IMG/VR virus record: IMGVR_UViG_3300032435_000007
Reading direction: 5' to 3' (one strand)
DNA length: 62,752 nt
DNA from: a virus
Below the pieces are notes generated by a model that saw only the letters and a list, made by a program, of their open reading frames with translations, ran no database searches and was not told the DNA's origin. Shown piece after piece: positions 29,147-41,500 of the stretch (position 1 is its first letter; each line of letters opens with the position of its first letter). The translations under genes were made by a program, and so were the position numbers.

Positions 29147-30688
29147 ATGGAAATCGTAGAAGACAAGGCGCTGGTCTTCCAGCACACGGACCTGTTGGCC
29201 CTAAAAAAGAAGATCACGAGATATAAGGATATCGGAGGCGGGGAAACCGCTGTCTTCTGGGGAACCTCCGAGGCCAAAGCCCTTGCCGAATTAGGCTACG
29301 CAGACACCCCCTCCCCCATGCTGCGGGATTATACATGGACGGGTAAATTTACCCCCTTCGACCACCAGCGCACTACCTCCTCCTTCTTGTCTATACGCAA
29401 GCGGGCCTTCTGCTTCAACGAGCAAGGGACCGGCAAGACCGCTTCGGTTATATGGAGCGCAGACTATCTTATGGAGCAGAGTGAAATCAACCGTGTGCTG
29501 GTTATCTGCCCCCTATCCATTATGAAATCAGCGTGGCAGCAAGACCTGTTCACCTTTGCTATGCACCGGACTTGTTCTGTGGCGCATGGTAGCGCCGCCC
29601 AACGTAGGAAAATCCTTGCTGTAGGGGCGGAGTTTGTAATCATTAACCCTGATGGCGTAGCCGTAGTCGAGAAGGAAATCCTCGACGGTGATTTTGATAT
29701 GATAGTGGTTGATGAAGCTAACGCATACAAAAATTCACAGACAACCCGCTGGAAGGTGCTGAACCGCCTTAGCCAGAAGATACCTTGGTTGTGGATGCTT
29801 ACAGGTACGCCCGCAGCGCAAAGCCCTGTAGATGCTTTTGGGCTAGCAAAACTGGTCAACCCAGAGGGAGTACCCAAGTATTTTGGGGCGTTCCGCGATA
29901 AAGTTATGTATAAGGCGACACAGTTCAAGTGGGTGGCCAAAGCCCATGCGGATACCGTGGTACACAGCGCGCTCCAACCGGCTATCCGGTTTGAAAAAGA
30001 TCAATGCCTAGACCTGCCGGAAGTGACTGTGGTTGAGCGGGAGGCACCGCTTACGCCGCAGCAGCAGAAGTATTATAATATACTAAAGCAGCAGATGCTT
30101 ATCTCCGCGGGGGGTGAAGATGTTACCTCTATCAACGCAGCCACAAACATAAACAAACTACTCCAGATCAGCGGGGGCGCGGCGTACACCGACGATGGTG
30201 ATACAATGGAGTTCGACGTAAGCAACAGGCTTAACGTAGTGTTAGAGGCGATCAACGAGAGCAGCCATAAAGTTTTGGTGTTCATCCCCTTCACCCACAC
30301 CATAAACCTATTGAAAAAGGCTTTGGATAAGGCAGGGGTGGAGTCGGATGTTATCAATGGCAAGGTTTCAGTCAATCGACGTAGTGACATAGTGAAAGGC
30401 TTTCAGGAGGGGGACAATGTCAAAGTGCTGCTGATACAGCCACAGGCAGCGTCCCATGGCCTTACCCTTACGGCAGCAAACACAATAATCTGGTACGCCC
30501 CAGTAACGAGCGTAGAGACTTATCTACAAGCCAATGCCCGCATAAACCGTCCGGGCCAGCACAACCCCATGACCATCGTGCATATAAAGGGAAGCCCTGT
30601 TGAGGACCACCTCTACAAAATGCTGAACGGGAATATTGAGAACCACCAAAAAATAATTGATTTATATCGTATGGAAATCGAAAACTAG
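29147..30688 (+). CDS. SNF2-family helicase/ATPase (513 aa)
   Basis: Motif I NEQGTGKT, motif II VVDEANAYK, motif III LTGTP, motif VI QANARINRPGQ. Confidence 0.85.
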   Translation: MEIVEDKALVFQHTDLLALKKKITRYKDIGGGETAVFWGTSEAKALAELGYADTPSPMLRDYTWTGKFTPFDHQRTTSSFLSIRKRAFCFNEQGTGKTASVIWSADYLMEQSEINRVLVICPLSIMKSAWQQDLFTFAMHRTCSVAHGSAAQRRKILAVGAEFVIINPDGVAVVEKEILDGDFDMIVVDEANAYKNSQTTRWKVLNRLSQKIPWLWMLTGTPAAQSPVDAFGLAKLVNPEGVPKYFGAFRDKVMYKATQFKWVAKAHADTVVHSALQPAIRFEKDQCLDLPEVTVVEREAPLTPQQQKYYNILKQQMLISAGGEDVTSINAATNINKLLQISGGAAYTDDGDTMEFDVSNRLNVVLEAINESSHKVLVFIPFTHTINLLKKALDKAGVESDVINGKVSVNRRSDIVKGFQEGDNVKVLLIQPQAASHGLTLTAANTIIWYAPVTSVETYLQANARINRPGQHNPMTIVHIKGSPVEDHLYKMLNGNIENHQKIIDLYRMEIEN

Positions 30689-30689
30689 C

Positions 30690-30716
30690 TTGACAATGTA
30701 AAACACCATCTATAAC
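30690..30716 (+). promoter_or_regulatory. candidate sigma70 promoter
   Basis: Perfect TTGACA, 15 nt, TATAAC. The spacer is short. Confidence 0.35.
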
Positions 30717-30739
30717 TAGAGTAGGGAATGGAGCAAACT

Positions 30740-31156
30740 ATGACCGAAGAACCCGAAATAGGGCTTGATATGCCGACACTTGTGAAAGCATACACAGGCC
30801 TACGCGCTAGCATAGCCGAACAGGAAGAAGCCCTGAAGGAAAGGCTAGCACCACTTAAAGAGAACCTTGAAACCGTAAGCAACGCGCTGCTGGACGAGTG
30901 CAACAGACTAGGGGCAGATAGTATCAAAACCCCTGTCGGCACAGTGTCCAGACGCGTTACTGAACGGTTTTGGGCTAGTGATTGGGAGGCAATGCACGAG
31001 TTTATTGTGCAGAATAATGCCCCCTACCTACTGGAAAAACGCGTCAATAATGGGGCTATGCGGCAGTTCCTTGAGGACCACCCCAACAAACACCCAGTAG
31101 GTTTGAATACAGACCGCAAATACACCATCCAAGTACGTAAACCATCCAACAAGTGA
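30740..31156 (+). CDS. hypothetical replication-module protein (138 aa; alternative start 30728)
   Basis: GGAGC RBS precedes ATG 30740. N-terminal coiled coil. Confidence 0.55.
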   Translation: MTEEPEIGLDMPTLVKAYTGLRASIAEQEEALKERLAPLKENLETVSNALLDECNRLGADSIKTPVGTVSRRVTERFWASDWEAMHEFIVQNNAPYLLEKRVNNGAMRQFLEDHPNKHPVGLNTDRKYTIQVRKPSNK

Positions 31157-31163
31157 GGCGAAT

Positions 31164-32141
31164 ATGACTGATACCAATCTGACTATTTTTGAAGACAAGA
31201 ACGCAGTGGTGGCGACGAAGCGCACTGGCAAGCTGACCGCGTTGGGGCAGCAGGTTAAAGACCAGCCGGGGGTTGGCACCACACGCCGCGTAGCCCTTAA
31301 TTCGCAGCACCAGTTCAAACGCATGGTGAACGGAGAGCCAGTTGGTAATCCTGTGGCTGATGAAATCAATATCATCGTAGTGAATGCTTTACCCGCTGTT
31401 TCGCGTACCTACTACTCGGATGCGTATGACCCGAACGGCGCGGCAAAACTGCCCGATTGTTGGTCTAACCTTGGGGACACCCCAGATGAAGGCGCTACCG
31501 ACCCGCAGAGTAAGAAATGTGCTACCTGCCCGCAAAATGTGAAGGGTTCTGGTAGCAGCGGGAAGCGCGCGTGCCGTTACAACCGCAGGTTGGCGATTAT
31601 GCTTATGGGTGACCCTGAAGGTGAGTTGTACCAGATGAATATTCCCGCGGCTTCCCTATTTGGCAAGGGGGATGGCAACACCCATCCGTTTGAAAGCTAC
31701 TCAAAATTCTTGGTAGCCCACAACGAAAGCCCTGATACAGTAGTAACCAGAGTGTCCTTCGATAAATCATCCCCAACGATGAAGGTCAATTTCAAACCTG
31801 TGCGGAACCTGACGGATGCAGAATTTGATGCTGTTATCGCAGCGCAGCAGCGGCCAGAAGCGGAGTCCTATGTGTCCCTGCAAGTATCGCAAACCGACAA
31901 GGTAGTTAAGAAGGCGGTGGCGCAGGAAGAACCCGACGATGACGACGATGATGCACCCGCTCCGATACCAGAGGAGTCTGTAGAGGCAGCAGCGACTGCC
32001 AACGCTGGTTTCTTTGAGAGCGCAGAAGACGACGCCGAGCCTGTGGTAAGCAAAAAGAAGAAGACCGCGCCCCCAGAACCTGCGAAGAAGCGCGACCTAT
32101 CCCAAGTGCTTAAAGATTGGGGCGATGAAGAGGAAAGCTAA
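31164..32141 (+). CDS. putative ssDNA-binding protein with a Cys cluster and acidic C-terminal tail (325 aa)
   Basis: CWSN...CATCPQN...C cluster. Tail EEPDDDDDDAP...DWGDEEES is typical of phage SSB tails. Sits between the helicase and primase genes. Confidence 0.45.
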   Translation: MTDTNLTIFEDKNAVVATKRTGKLTALGQQVKDQPGVGTTRRVALNSQHQFKRMVNGEPVGNPVADEINIIVVNALPAVSRTYYSDAYDPNGAAKLPDCWSNLGDTPDEGATDPQSKKCATCPQNVKGSGSSGKRACRYNRRLAIMLMGDPEGELYQMNIPAASLFGKGDGNTHPFESYSKFLVAHNESPDTVVTRVSFDKSSPTMKVNFKPVRNLTDAEFDAVIAAQQRPEAESYVSLQVSQTDKVVKKAVAQEEPDDDDDDAPAPIPEESVEAAATANAGFFESAEDDAEPVVSKKKKTAPPEPAKKRDLSQVLKDWGDEEES

Positions 32142-32374
32142 TGGCTAGAGGCTACGACACAAATCTCGTAGCGCAAAATGCCTTAGCTGACGATACCAAG
32201 CTAGGAGTAAGATTAGGGCGGGTGTGCATATCAAAACGCATACCCGTCCACCACGCCGCTTCAACGCTTGGTGTTTCTCGACAAACCATATACCTATGGT
32301 TCCGTGGGGCCTTCGAGCCTAGCAAAGAGCATACTGCGCAAATAAGAAAATTCATATCAAACGCCTCCGCGTGA
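32141..32374 (+). CDS. helix-turn-helix DNA-binding protein (77 aa)
   Basis: AASTLGVSRQTIYLWFRG is a classic HTH. Confidence 0.6.
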   Translation: MARGYDTNLVAQNALADDTKLGVRLGRVCISKRIPVHHAASTLGVSRQTIYLWFRGAFEPSKEHTAQIRKFISNASA

Positions 32375-32413
32375 CGAGGGGCTTTCAAACGGTATATTGG
32401 ATGGGGCTGCACT

Positions 32414-35251
32414 GTGACTATTGACCTTATGGATATTGTGCAGCCCGCCGGAGGGTGGTTCTGCGTAGTAAGCATCAAAGGCAGCATCGTACAAAAGTTT
32501 TTCAAGACCCGCGCAGAAGTGGATGCTTACGTACCCACTATGGTTGCGAAGGAGCGTAATGTTTTCTTTTCGCTCGCCAAATTCAAAACAAAGGAAGACC
32601 GCAAAAAGTCCAACGTGCAGGCGTTGCGTGCCTTCTGGCTTGATATAGACTGTGGTGAAGATAAGGCCAAAACTGGTAAGGGGTACGCAATCCAAGATGA
32701 TGCTATTGCGGCACTACAAGGCTTCATAAAAGCGGAAGGCATGAAAAGGCCTATCATTGTTAGCAGCGGTGGTGGGCTTCATGTGTATTGGCCGCTGACG
32801 GAGGATGTTACCAGAGAGCAGTGGGAACCTGTAGCGGCGCAGTTAAAGGCCCGATGCAGGGAACATGGCCTGCTTATTGACCCTGCTGTCTTTGAAGTAT
32901 CCCGCATCCTGCGTATTCCAAATACAAAGAATTTCAAAGAAGATACACCTAGAGACGTAAAGGTAATACAGGATAGATACACGTCGCAGAGCCTTAGCGA
33001 GTTTGCTGCGCCCTTCATGTCGAGTCTGATAGCATCAGTTGCTACACCAGTGGCGGGGAGCAGCCTGTTTGGTAACGCGCCAAGGGGGAAGACCAAACTT
33101 GGTAAGAAGCTTCTGGACACAATAGACTCCAGCTTCAAGCGTATCATGGACCGCTCCCTTGCCGGGGACGGGTGCGAACAGCTTTTACAATGTGTGCAGG
33201 ACAATACCACCCTCTCAGAGCCTTTATGGCGCGCCGCGCTGTCGATAGCAGACAGATGTATTGAGCGCGACAAGGCGATAGCGGGCGTGTCCCAAAACCA
33301 CCCCGACTATGACCCCACAGAGGCGGATAAAAAAGCCGCCAAGACAGGTGGCCCACAAAACTGCGCAATATTCGACCAAGAAAATCCGAACATATGTCCC
33401 TCATGCCCCCATTGGGGCAAGATAAAGACCCCTATCCAACTAGGTAAAGTCATAACCCCCGCAACCGAAGAGGAACGGGAGTTAACGGAAGATGGCGTAG
33501 AATATAAAGTAACCAAAGCCCCTTGGGGCTTCACGCGCCCTAAAACAGGGGGTATTTGGTTAGACGCAGTGGATGAAGAGTCCGAACCTAGGTTGGTATA
33601 CGCCAACGATCTATATGTAGTGAAGCGTATGCACGACCCTGCGGACGGCGAGACACTACTTATGCGCCTACACCTACCAGCGGAGGGAGTGCAGGAATTC
33701 ATGGTGCCCCTTAAAGCAATCAAAGGCAACGGGGATTGGCGTGATGTGCTAGCATCCCAAGGGGTAGCCTGCGAGGACAAACAATTTCGATGGTTAGTAA
33801 CCTATATAATTCGCATGATAGGTGAACTACAAAACAATGGGCGGAGGAGAGAAAATATGCGCGTGCAGTTTGGGTGGACCGACAAGGACACCAAGTTTAT
33901 TATTGGTGATGTAGAAGTTGCAGCGGATGGATTCCACAACAGCCCCCCTTCCACGGTTACAGCCCCACTTGTGCCGCATATTGGCCCAAGGGGCAGCTTT
34001 GAGAAGTGGAAAGAAGTATTCGACCTCTATGGGCGTCCGGGCCACGAACCCCACGCATTTGCAGCCCTGACGGCGTTTGGCGCGCCCCTACTGAAGTTTA
34101 CGGGGCAGCGCGGGGCTATTGTCAACGTGATTTACCCTACTTCCGGCACAGGTAAGACCACAATTCTGCATATGTGCAATAGCGTGTACGGCTCCCCCGA
34201 GGGGATGTGTACTATTAAGCAGGACACGATGAACGCGAAGATCACGCGTCTCGGTGTTTACAACAACCTGCCATACACCATAGACGAAATGACCAATATG
34301 AGTGACATGGAGTTCTCCGAACTTGCGTACTCTGTATCGCAGGGTAAGGGTAAGGAGCGTATGAAGGGCAGCACGAATGAACTACGTCAGAATTTTACCT
34401 CTTGGCAGACAATCGCCCTATGCTCCTCCAACTCGTCCTTTTACCAGAAGCTAGGTGGTAAGAAGACTGGAGCAGATGGCGAAATGATGCGGTTGCTTGA
34501 GTACCATATCCGGCAGACAGACTCCATAGACCAAGCAGAAGCCAAACAATTCTTTGACCACCAGTTGCTGCATAATTATGGCCACGCCGGTCCTAAATAC
34601 GCGCGCTGGTTGGTGGAGAACAAGAAGCAAGCTGTGGACATAGTAGCGCGTGTGCAGTCAAACCTCGACCGTGAATTGGGGCTGACGCAGCGGGAGCGCA
34701 TATGGTCCGCTGTAGCGGCATCCAACATTGCTGGTGGGATGATCGCTAAAGATAAGTGTGGCTTACTATCGTGGGATTTGAACCCAATATTGGACTACAC
34801 AATGGAAATGATTGATACGATGCGCGGCCAAGTCACCGCCCCTGTCGTGGATGTAGTGAGTATTATTGGCGACTATATGAATTCCAACATTAAAAGCACG
34901 TTGGTGATTAAGGGCGATGCAGACTCGCGCACCTTGCTAGACGCCCCTCCAGCATTGGACCCTACCTACGGGGAACTACGCATCCGATACGAGCCTGATA
35001 CTAAGGACATATACATAGTCACCAAACCATTCAAAAAATACTGTGTGGAATACCAGATAGACTACGCCGAAACTATAAAGCTGCTGAAGTCGAAAGGTAT
35101 ATTCAAAACCGCGGACGCGAAGCGAATTACCAAGGGGATGAAAATAAGCAACCCTCCTGTGCATTGCCTAGTATTGGATGGAGGCCACCCAGACTTTTTT
35201 GACATTGATGATATTGTGAAAACCGCGCAGGCCGACGGCGATGATAGTTGA
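32414..35251 (+). CDS. bifunctional AEP primase-polymerase / SF3 helicase (945 aa, GTG start; ATG at 32432 possible)
   Basis: AEP motifs FWLDIDCG and GGGLHVYW. SF3 Walker A PTSGTGKTT and Walker B YTIDEM. Confidence 0.85.
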   Translation: MTIDLMDIVQPAGGWFCVVSIKGSIVQKFFKTRAEVDAYVPTMVAKERNVFFSLAKFKTKEDRKKSNVQALRAFWLDIDCGEDKAKTGKGYAIQDDAIAALQGFIKAEGMKRPIIVSSGGGLHVYWPLTEDVTREQWEPVAAQLKARCREHGLLIDPAVFEVSRILRIPNTKNFKEDTPRDVKVIQDRYTSQSLSEFAAPFMSSLIASVATPVAGSSLFGNAPRGKTKLGKKLLDTIDSSFKRIMDRSLAGDGCEQLLQCVQDNTTLSEPLWRAALSIADRCIERDKAIAGVSQNHPDYDPTEADKKAAKTGGPQNCAIFDQENPNICPSCPHWGKIKTPIQLGKVITPATEEERELTEDGVEYKVTKAPWGFTRPKTGGIWLDAVDEESEPRLVYANDLYVVKRMHDPADGETLLMRLHLPAEGVQEFMVPLKAIKGNGDWRDVLASQGVACEDKQFRWLVTYIIRMIGELQNNGRRRENMRVQFGWTDKDTKFIIGDVEVAADGFHNSPPSTVTAPLVPHIGPRGSFEKWKEVFDLYGRPGHEPHAFAALTAFGAPLLKFTGQRGAIVNVIYPTSGTGKTTILHMCNSVYGSPEGMCTIKQDTMNAKITRLGVYNNLPYTIDEMTNMSDMEFSELAYSVSQGKGKERMKGSTNELRQNFTSWQTIALCSSNSSFYQKLGGKKTGADGEMMRLLEYHIRQTDSIDQAEAKQFFDHQLLHNYGHAGPKYARWLVENKKQAVDIVARVQSNLDRELGLTQRERIWSAVAASNIAGGMIAKDKCGLLSWDLNPILDYTMEMIDTMRGQVTAPVVDVVSIIGDYMNSNIKSTLVIKGDADSRTLLDAPPALDPTYGELRIRYEPDTKDIYIVTKPFKKYCVEYQIDYAETIKLLKSKGIFKTADAKRITKGMKISNPPVHCLVLDGGHPDFFDIDDIVKTAQADGDDS

Positions 35252-35435
35252 AGGAGTACTGTACGAAATACCATGGGATAGGTTTAAGAAGGGTAGCGAC
35301 TTGTTCTTCCCATGCCTTGATTGCAAGCGTGTAAGACGGGAAATTAGACTCCATTTAGCCTCACTATGTATCACTACGGTCCAGAAGGTAGTGATTGTAG
35401 ACGGGATTAGGGGTTTACGAGTGTGGAGAATCTAG
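35241..35435 (+). CDS. hypothetical protein (64 aa), last plus-strand gene
   Basis: Overlaps the end of the primase gene. Followed by a terminator. Confidence 0.45.
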   Translation: MIVEGVLYEIPWDRFKKGSDLFFPCLDCKRVRREIRLHLASLCITTVQKVVIVDGIRGLRVWRI

Positions 35436-35498
35436 ATATAGTGGCCACCGGTAGTTTGCTCCTACCTTTAAGTGTGGTTCACTTGCTCAGAACTAGGA

Positions 35499-35525
35499 CC
35501 CTCGCCAGAAATGGCGGGGGTTTTT
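35499..35525 (+). terminator. rho-independent terminator at the convergence point of the two arms
   Basis: CCCTCGCCA-gaaa-TGGCGGGGG followed by TTTTT. It abuts the stop (35528) of the minus-strand giant gene. Confidence 0.75.
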
Positions 35526-35527
35526 CC

Positions 35528-38500
35528 TTATTTACCTCTAGCCTGCATTGCTCCGGGCAACTCGCGCGCCGCATCCTTCTTGGTGAAGGTATCCCCACCG
35601 AACTGTAATTCCTTACCCTTCATGGAGGTGTCGAAAGATTTATTGATTGTTTCGCGGGAAATCATCAAGTCTGGAGCAGGCCATTTTTTGTTATGTTCCT
35701 CCATTTTTTGGAGGATACCATCCACTTTTTCTCTATCTACTGGGTAACTAACGCGCGTTAGGTTGAGTTTGTGCAGTAGGGCAGTACGCTCTTGTTTCGC
35801 CTCACCGGCTAGTTTGTCCCGCTCCATACGCTCTTCCTGCACTTGGGATAGGCGCGCAGGGGGGAAGCCAAGTACCTGTATGGCTATGTTTGCGCCACTG
35901 AGTTGGTGTTTAGAGAATATAGTGTCCCCAGCGCGTGACTTTGCCCCTTCGCTACTAAACCTAGCAGCGGTGATAGATGTACGAGCAAACGCGGGCATTA
36001 TGGCTTCAGCCGCCCGCCCGAATTCGTCCTTATCAAGTTCATCCTTGGCCCGCCCTGCTTTGTCTATCAGCGACAGTATAGGCACATTACCAATAAGGTT
36101 GGAAAACCACGTTTGGGCAGTAGAGTCAGTGGCGTAGGAATTATCCCGGAACCATAGGTCGTTGTAGCTAGTACGAGAGGCGACGTTTGCATCAGTAAGT
36201 TCAGATAATGCACCGTTGAGGATCATGTCTACCAAAGTGGTTGACTCCGCCCCATCCGTTACCTTCTGCCCTAGCATTTCAGGGAGCCATTCGTAACGGA
36301 AGCGATACTCTGCGCTGTTCGCCCCGTAGGGGCTTTGCTTGCGCATTTCCTCGTCATCGTCATCGTCGTCATACATTTCACTGGCTAGGTCTATAATCCA
36401 CATAGCCACACTGAACAGGGGTAGGCCAGTTATTCCGTTAAACATAATGGCCCCCATAGCGAGAACCCCGGTCATTTCCCGCCAAGCCGCTACTGTATCA
36501 GCCTTGCTTACTCCCTTGCCTACTAGCCCCAACAACATACGGCGCGCGGTGCTTATGAAGAAGTGCGTGGTGATTGCAGAGAAGGTTTTGAACTGGAACA
36601 GCAAGCGCCCCGTATCCCCTTTGAACACTGCTGGCTTATTAAACTCACTGTAGTTACCGACCGTGCGGTTAACTGTGTCCGCGGCTACGTCGATAGCCAG
36701 TTCAAAACGCGCATCCGGGCTAAGTTCAGGTTGTGTCTTACCTAGGCGTGCGTACTCTAATTCGAAGGTAGCCATACCCGCTACTTCACGAGACATACGT
36801 TCTGTAGCGGAAATAGCCGCACCAACTACTTTAATACCCAAAGTATAGGCATTCTTCTGGGCATTGAGAGGCGCTTCGTCGTTGCGCAGTACCTCCGTGA
36901 CAAGCGCACCAAACGTCTCCCGTTCGTCGCGCAGGGTTTTGAACGCCATAGCCAGAATCGGATGGTCCTTCAGGAAAGCGGAACCCTCCAAACTGATAAG
37001 ATGGTCCCCCCCTTTAATTTTGAAGGCAGCAGAGAATTTGGTTAGCGCCTTCCAACCCTTAACTTCTCCATACTCAGCAGTTAGCCTAGGCAGTACGCGC
37101 ATAGGGATAACAGTAAGTTGGACAGCGGCAGTAGCGGGCGCGGTCAGGAACCATATGAAAGATGCTTGGCTCATAGCGGAAGCAAACGCGCCCCTTTTTG
37201 GGGGGTTCAGTATCTGCATCGCCATATCAGCTACCTGCTTAATCATAGGCTGTAGCTTGTCTGTATCCTTTTGTGGCATACCCTCTAGGGCTTCATACGA
37301 CGCGTCTATACCGGCCTGTATATCCTTCCCAAATTTCAGTTTGGCTAGTTGGGAGGAGTATTGGTTCCCCTGCACAATAAGGGTGCGCATAAGATCGTTA
37401 CTATATCCCGTAACTGCCTTGGCGTGGATGAACCGTTTACGGAGCGAGGCTTCCGGGCGCGTGCGTAGATAGGTCTGGTAAAGGTCGTCCTTCAGGTCTT
37501 GCTTCATCGCCTCAAGGGCCGCTGCGGGGCTACCATGCTTACTTATATCATATTTGCTGTTGTTTACCGCGGTCAGTTGGTCAATAATCTCGAATTGATC
37601 CCGCAGCATTTTGCTACTCTCTTCAAAATCATTATTCATTTCCGCTAGGTCGCCAGTGCTGAAGTAGTCAGGGTCGGCTTGCAATTCTGCTACAGTTTTA
37701 CCCACAAACTTAGCGTGGTCCCGCATAATGTCGTCCCTCTGGCCGGGGCTATCGCTTAGAAAAAACTGCCGTCCTCCCAACATTTCAGGGTTCTTAATGG
37801 ACAAGTAATAGTCCCCATGGCGCATAAGTGGGAAGTATACTTTTGGGTATAGCGATGAAGCTGTATCGTGTTCGTCAGTCTCTCCAAAGGCTTCTTCTTG
37901 CTCCAGCCGTATAGTGTCGAGCAATTTAGCCTCAGAAGCGGGGTCTAGACCCATGTTCTTGATCTTTTGGTTACGCAGCGTGCGCTCCAACGCGTTCATA
38001 TCTTTATAATACTGCCGCATCTTAGCATATAGTTTTTGCCCCCCAGCCTGCCTGCCAAGTTCCTTCCATGCGTTATACACTGGCTCTATCTGTTTTTTAC
38101 GTATGGTTATTTTGCCTTTGTGTGCGCCTTTCGCAGCCTTGTTAGCTGTAGCGTTCATCATCCTTGTCTGATCTTGCACCACAGGGTCAGTGGCGTAAAC
38201 TTCCTCAAGGGTCTTACTCCCGAAAGTTTCAGGGTCTACTGCGCCAACCCGCGAGCCATGCTGTGCGTCGGACAATTCCTTTACCCCGTACACACGCACA
38301 AAATCGCCTAGTTCGTCAGCCAATCTCCCTGTCGCATCAGCCAGTGCAGACCGGAAGGAGGTCATCTTGGGTATTATACGTGCCATACTACGTAGAGCGG
38401 TAACAGTCCTAGGGGCCAGTTTCTGTGCTTTTATAAACAGATCATCATGCCAATCAATAATGGCATCCGTGGGCAGGGCGTTAAGCATAGTATCAAAATG

Positions 38501-41500
38501 TTTCCCGCGGAGGGAAGGTAGGAGTTTCGATACAGACCCCTTCCATGATTCCCAAGCGTGGCCGTCCGCTACAGCTTCCCAGATAGAGTCAGTAAGTTCC
38601 TTGAAACTTCTCTGGTTGGTGCCGAAATGTGAAGCCTCCGCTTTCGCAGACACTTTATTATTCGACGCTTGCGCCTTCAGCGCGGCTCTCCCTTCGGGGG
38701 AATTGCGGGCCACAACTCCCTTACTACCAGTTATTTCTTTAGCAGCAGACGCTAGGATAGCTCGAACATCCGCATCTGTGTACGGTACTATACGTTTGAA
38801 GGCTCTGCTTAACATCCTACCAAATTGACGTACCACCGCGGCTATTTTGGCCATCGGTCCTACTATTGGCCCTCCCTGCTCCTGCATACCCGAAAGCACT
38901 TCCTCTACGGATAGAGCCTTTTCGTTACCACGGTCTTTGAAGTCTACGTACTCGTCGGGGTGGGCAGCGGCCCAAGCGTCGGCTTGCGCCCGTACGTTCG
39001 GGTTGGTGTCGTATATGTCTTCAAGAACCTTGTCCATTTTGGTTTCAAATTTAGCCCGCAGCCCAACATGCCCCAAGGCTTCATGGAACAGCACAGCTTT
39101 CGCCTCTGCCTCGGAGGCAATATTTTCGGCAACAAAGTATAGAGCATTGTCGATAGCCATGCCCTGTATGGTGTCTGCCGCACCCATATCGTCTACTATG
39201 GTCTGTATATCGGCAGGGAGGTCTGCGAAGGTTTCGTAGAATTTTGGCTCCAGCCGGGACTTCCAGTTACGCGTTATAGGGAGAACCAAATCCTTTAGTA
39301 CGTCTACTGTAATAGGGATAGCAGGTTTAGACCCAGTACGTGTACGTAACTTACCTGCTTTCTCTAGCGCGTCTACTTGGAACTGCGCCGTCCACAGCAA
39401 GTCCCGGAGGTTTTCCGATACTGGTTCATTGCGGTTCATGTGTAGCGGAGAAGTGGGGGTTTTACTGGTTTCGTCTAGCCCACGGAACGCCAGCCCCGCG
39501 TCCATCAACTTCTGCTGGACACCCGCTTTAACAACAACTTTGTTAAACGCCTCTTTCGTCTGTGCTTCTTCAGGTAGCGCGTTGGCTTCTTCGATAGCGT
39601 TTTTAATCTTCGCGAACTGGCTAGGGTTTATCTTACCCGACTCCACCAATCCCGCCAGATTACCATATAAATTCTGCATATCCCGCATGAAGGGGGTTAT
39701 TTCAGGTGCTACCCCCGGCTCTATTTGATCCGCTAGGAGTACAGCGCGCTCCCCGGTTTCTTTGAACTTGGCGTTTGCTTTATGCTCTGTGGCGTTAGCC
39801 TTTTTTATCTTACCCACAGTATTGGCTTCCACACCCGCAATCTGCCGCATTAGCCCTGCAAGGGTGCCGTCCTTGAGGGCAACAGTATTTTTCCTCCCAT
39901 CGTTCATCTGCAACAGCCGGTAGGGTTGGGTATCCTTGGGGAGATAGTGGTATTTATATTCTTGGTTAATACCACTAGTGTTTTGTATGCTGTCGTTAAC
40001 CAGCGCTGCTTGCTCAGAGAACGGCAGGGCCGCTAATTCGGCTTCCGCTTCAGGGGATATTTCCTCTACTGGCGCAGGTGCAGGTGCTTCCTCCATAGCT
40101 ACAGGCGTAGATGTAGAGTCTACTTGTACGTCTTCTATGGCTACTGGCGCAGGTGCAGGTGCTTCCTCTACTGGCGCAGGTGCAGGTGCTTCCTCTACTG
40201 GCGCAGGTGCAGGTGCTTCCTCTACTGGCGCAGGCGCAGGTGCTTCCTCTACTGGCGCAAGGCTGCCATCTTGGTTAACCTTACCTTCCATCATATCCCG
40301 GAATAGCCCCATACCACCGGTTTTCCGCTGCTCATATTCCTCGCGTGTAATGTTTGGTTCGTCTGCTAACACCGCTGCGTAATTCTCCGCATCGCGCGCA
40401 ACTTTAAGCCTTTCTACCGCGCCGGTAGTCATATCCCCATATTGTATTTCCCCTCTCTTATACTGTTGGAAGCTTTCCTGATCTGGGTCAGCATCCACAG
40501 GGGATATTTCCGGCATCGGTGCAGTAGTTTTTGGTATGGTGTTCAATCCACGCTCTTTAGCAACTACATCGACTGCCTCTGCGGGGTCCACCAGCGGGTC
40601 GGTGGCGCGTGCTAACCTGTCCGTAGTCTGATTGACTAGTTTTTGTATTTCAGGTGTTTTGAGGTCCAACTCCCGGCGGGCTACTTCCGCTGCCACTAGT
40701 GGTTTATATGCTGCTTTTCTTTCCGCGACTGTACGCAGCGAAGAAATATCCGCAGTTTCCTTATTGAGCCTCGCTGTGGGCTGGGAATCCGGTAGTGATA
40801 CCCCTTCTCTAGTATTCAGAGGCTCTATAGGACTAGACTCTATTCCTACATCGGCGGGTGTTTCATCTAATAGTGGGTTTACCAGCGGCAGGGCAGCCGC
40901 GGTGCGAACCACCTCCTGCGCCATTGCAGGGTCTGCAGCGATTTCAGGGTTTGCTAGGAACCCAGCGGCAACCCGCTCTTTTTTGGCAGGCTCTAGAGTT
41001 ACCCCAGTAGCTGCTTCAGCATCGTCTACAGCTAGTGTATCGTTTGCTGCTCTCGTTCCTGCTTCACCCCGAGGTACCAGTGGGCTAGGTGCTGCCACTC
41101 CTCCTGCTGTAACATCGCTAGGCGCGGCGGCAGGTTCTGTTCCGCCAACGGTATTGGACTCACCAGTACGGCGAAAGCCGTTGAGACTTCCGGCAGGGTT
41201 AACGGCTGCGGCGGTGCCCCCGGCGTCTGGTACAGTGTCTCCAACGGTTGCAAGGTCTGCTGCGGCTGGGGCGTTTGGGTCGGGGAGGGCTTTCCCTTGC
41301 GCGATAGCATCGGCAATAGGTACTCCGCTATAGAGGCTGCGAAACCTGCGCGCCTCATTCGCCCTATCCGGCGTAGGATCATCCTTAAACGCTTCACGTA
41401 TCTTCTCCTCGTCTGAAGGTGGAAGTACAATCGCTTCTTCAGCCTTATCAACCCCATCAGCATCGCGCTGCTTGACCCTTTTTAGGGTTTTGTTCTCCAC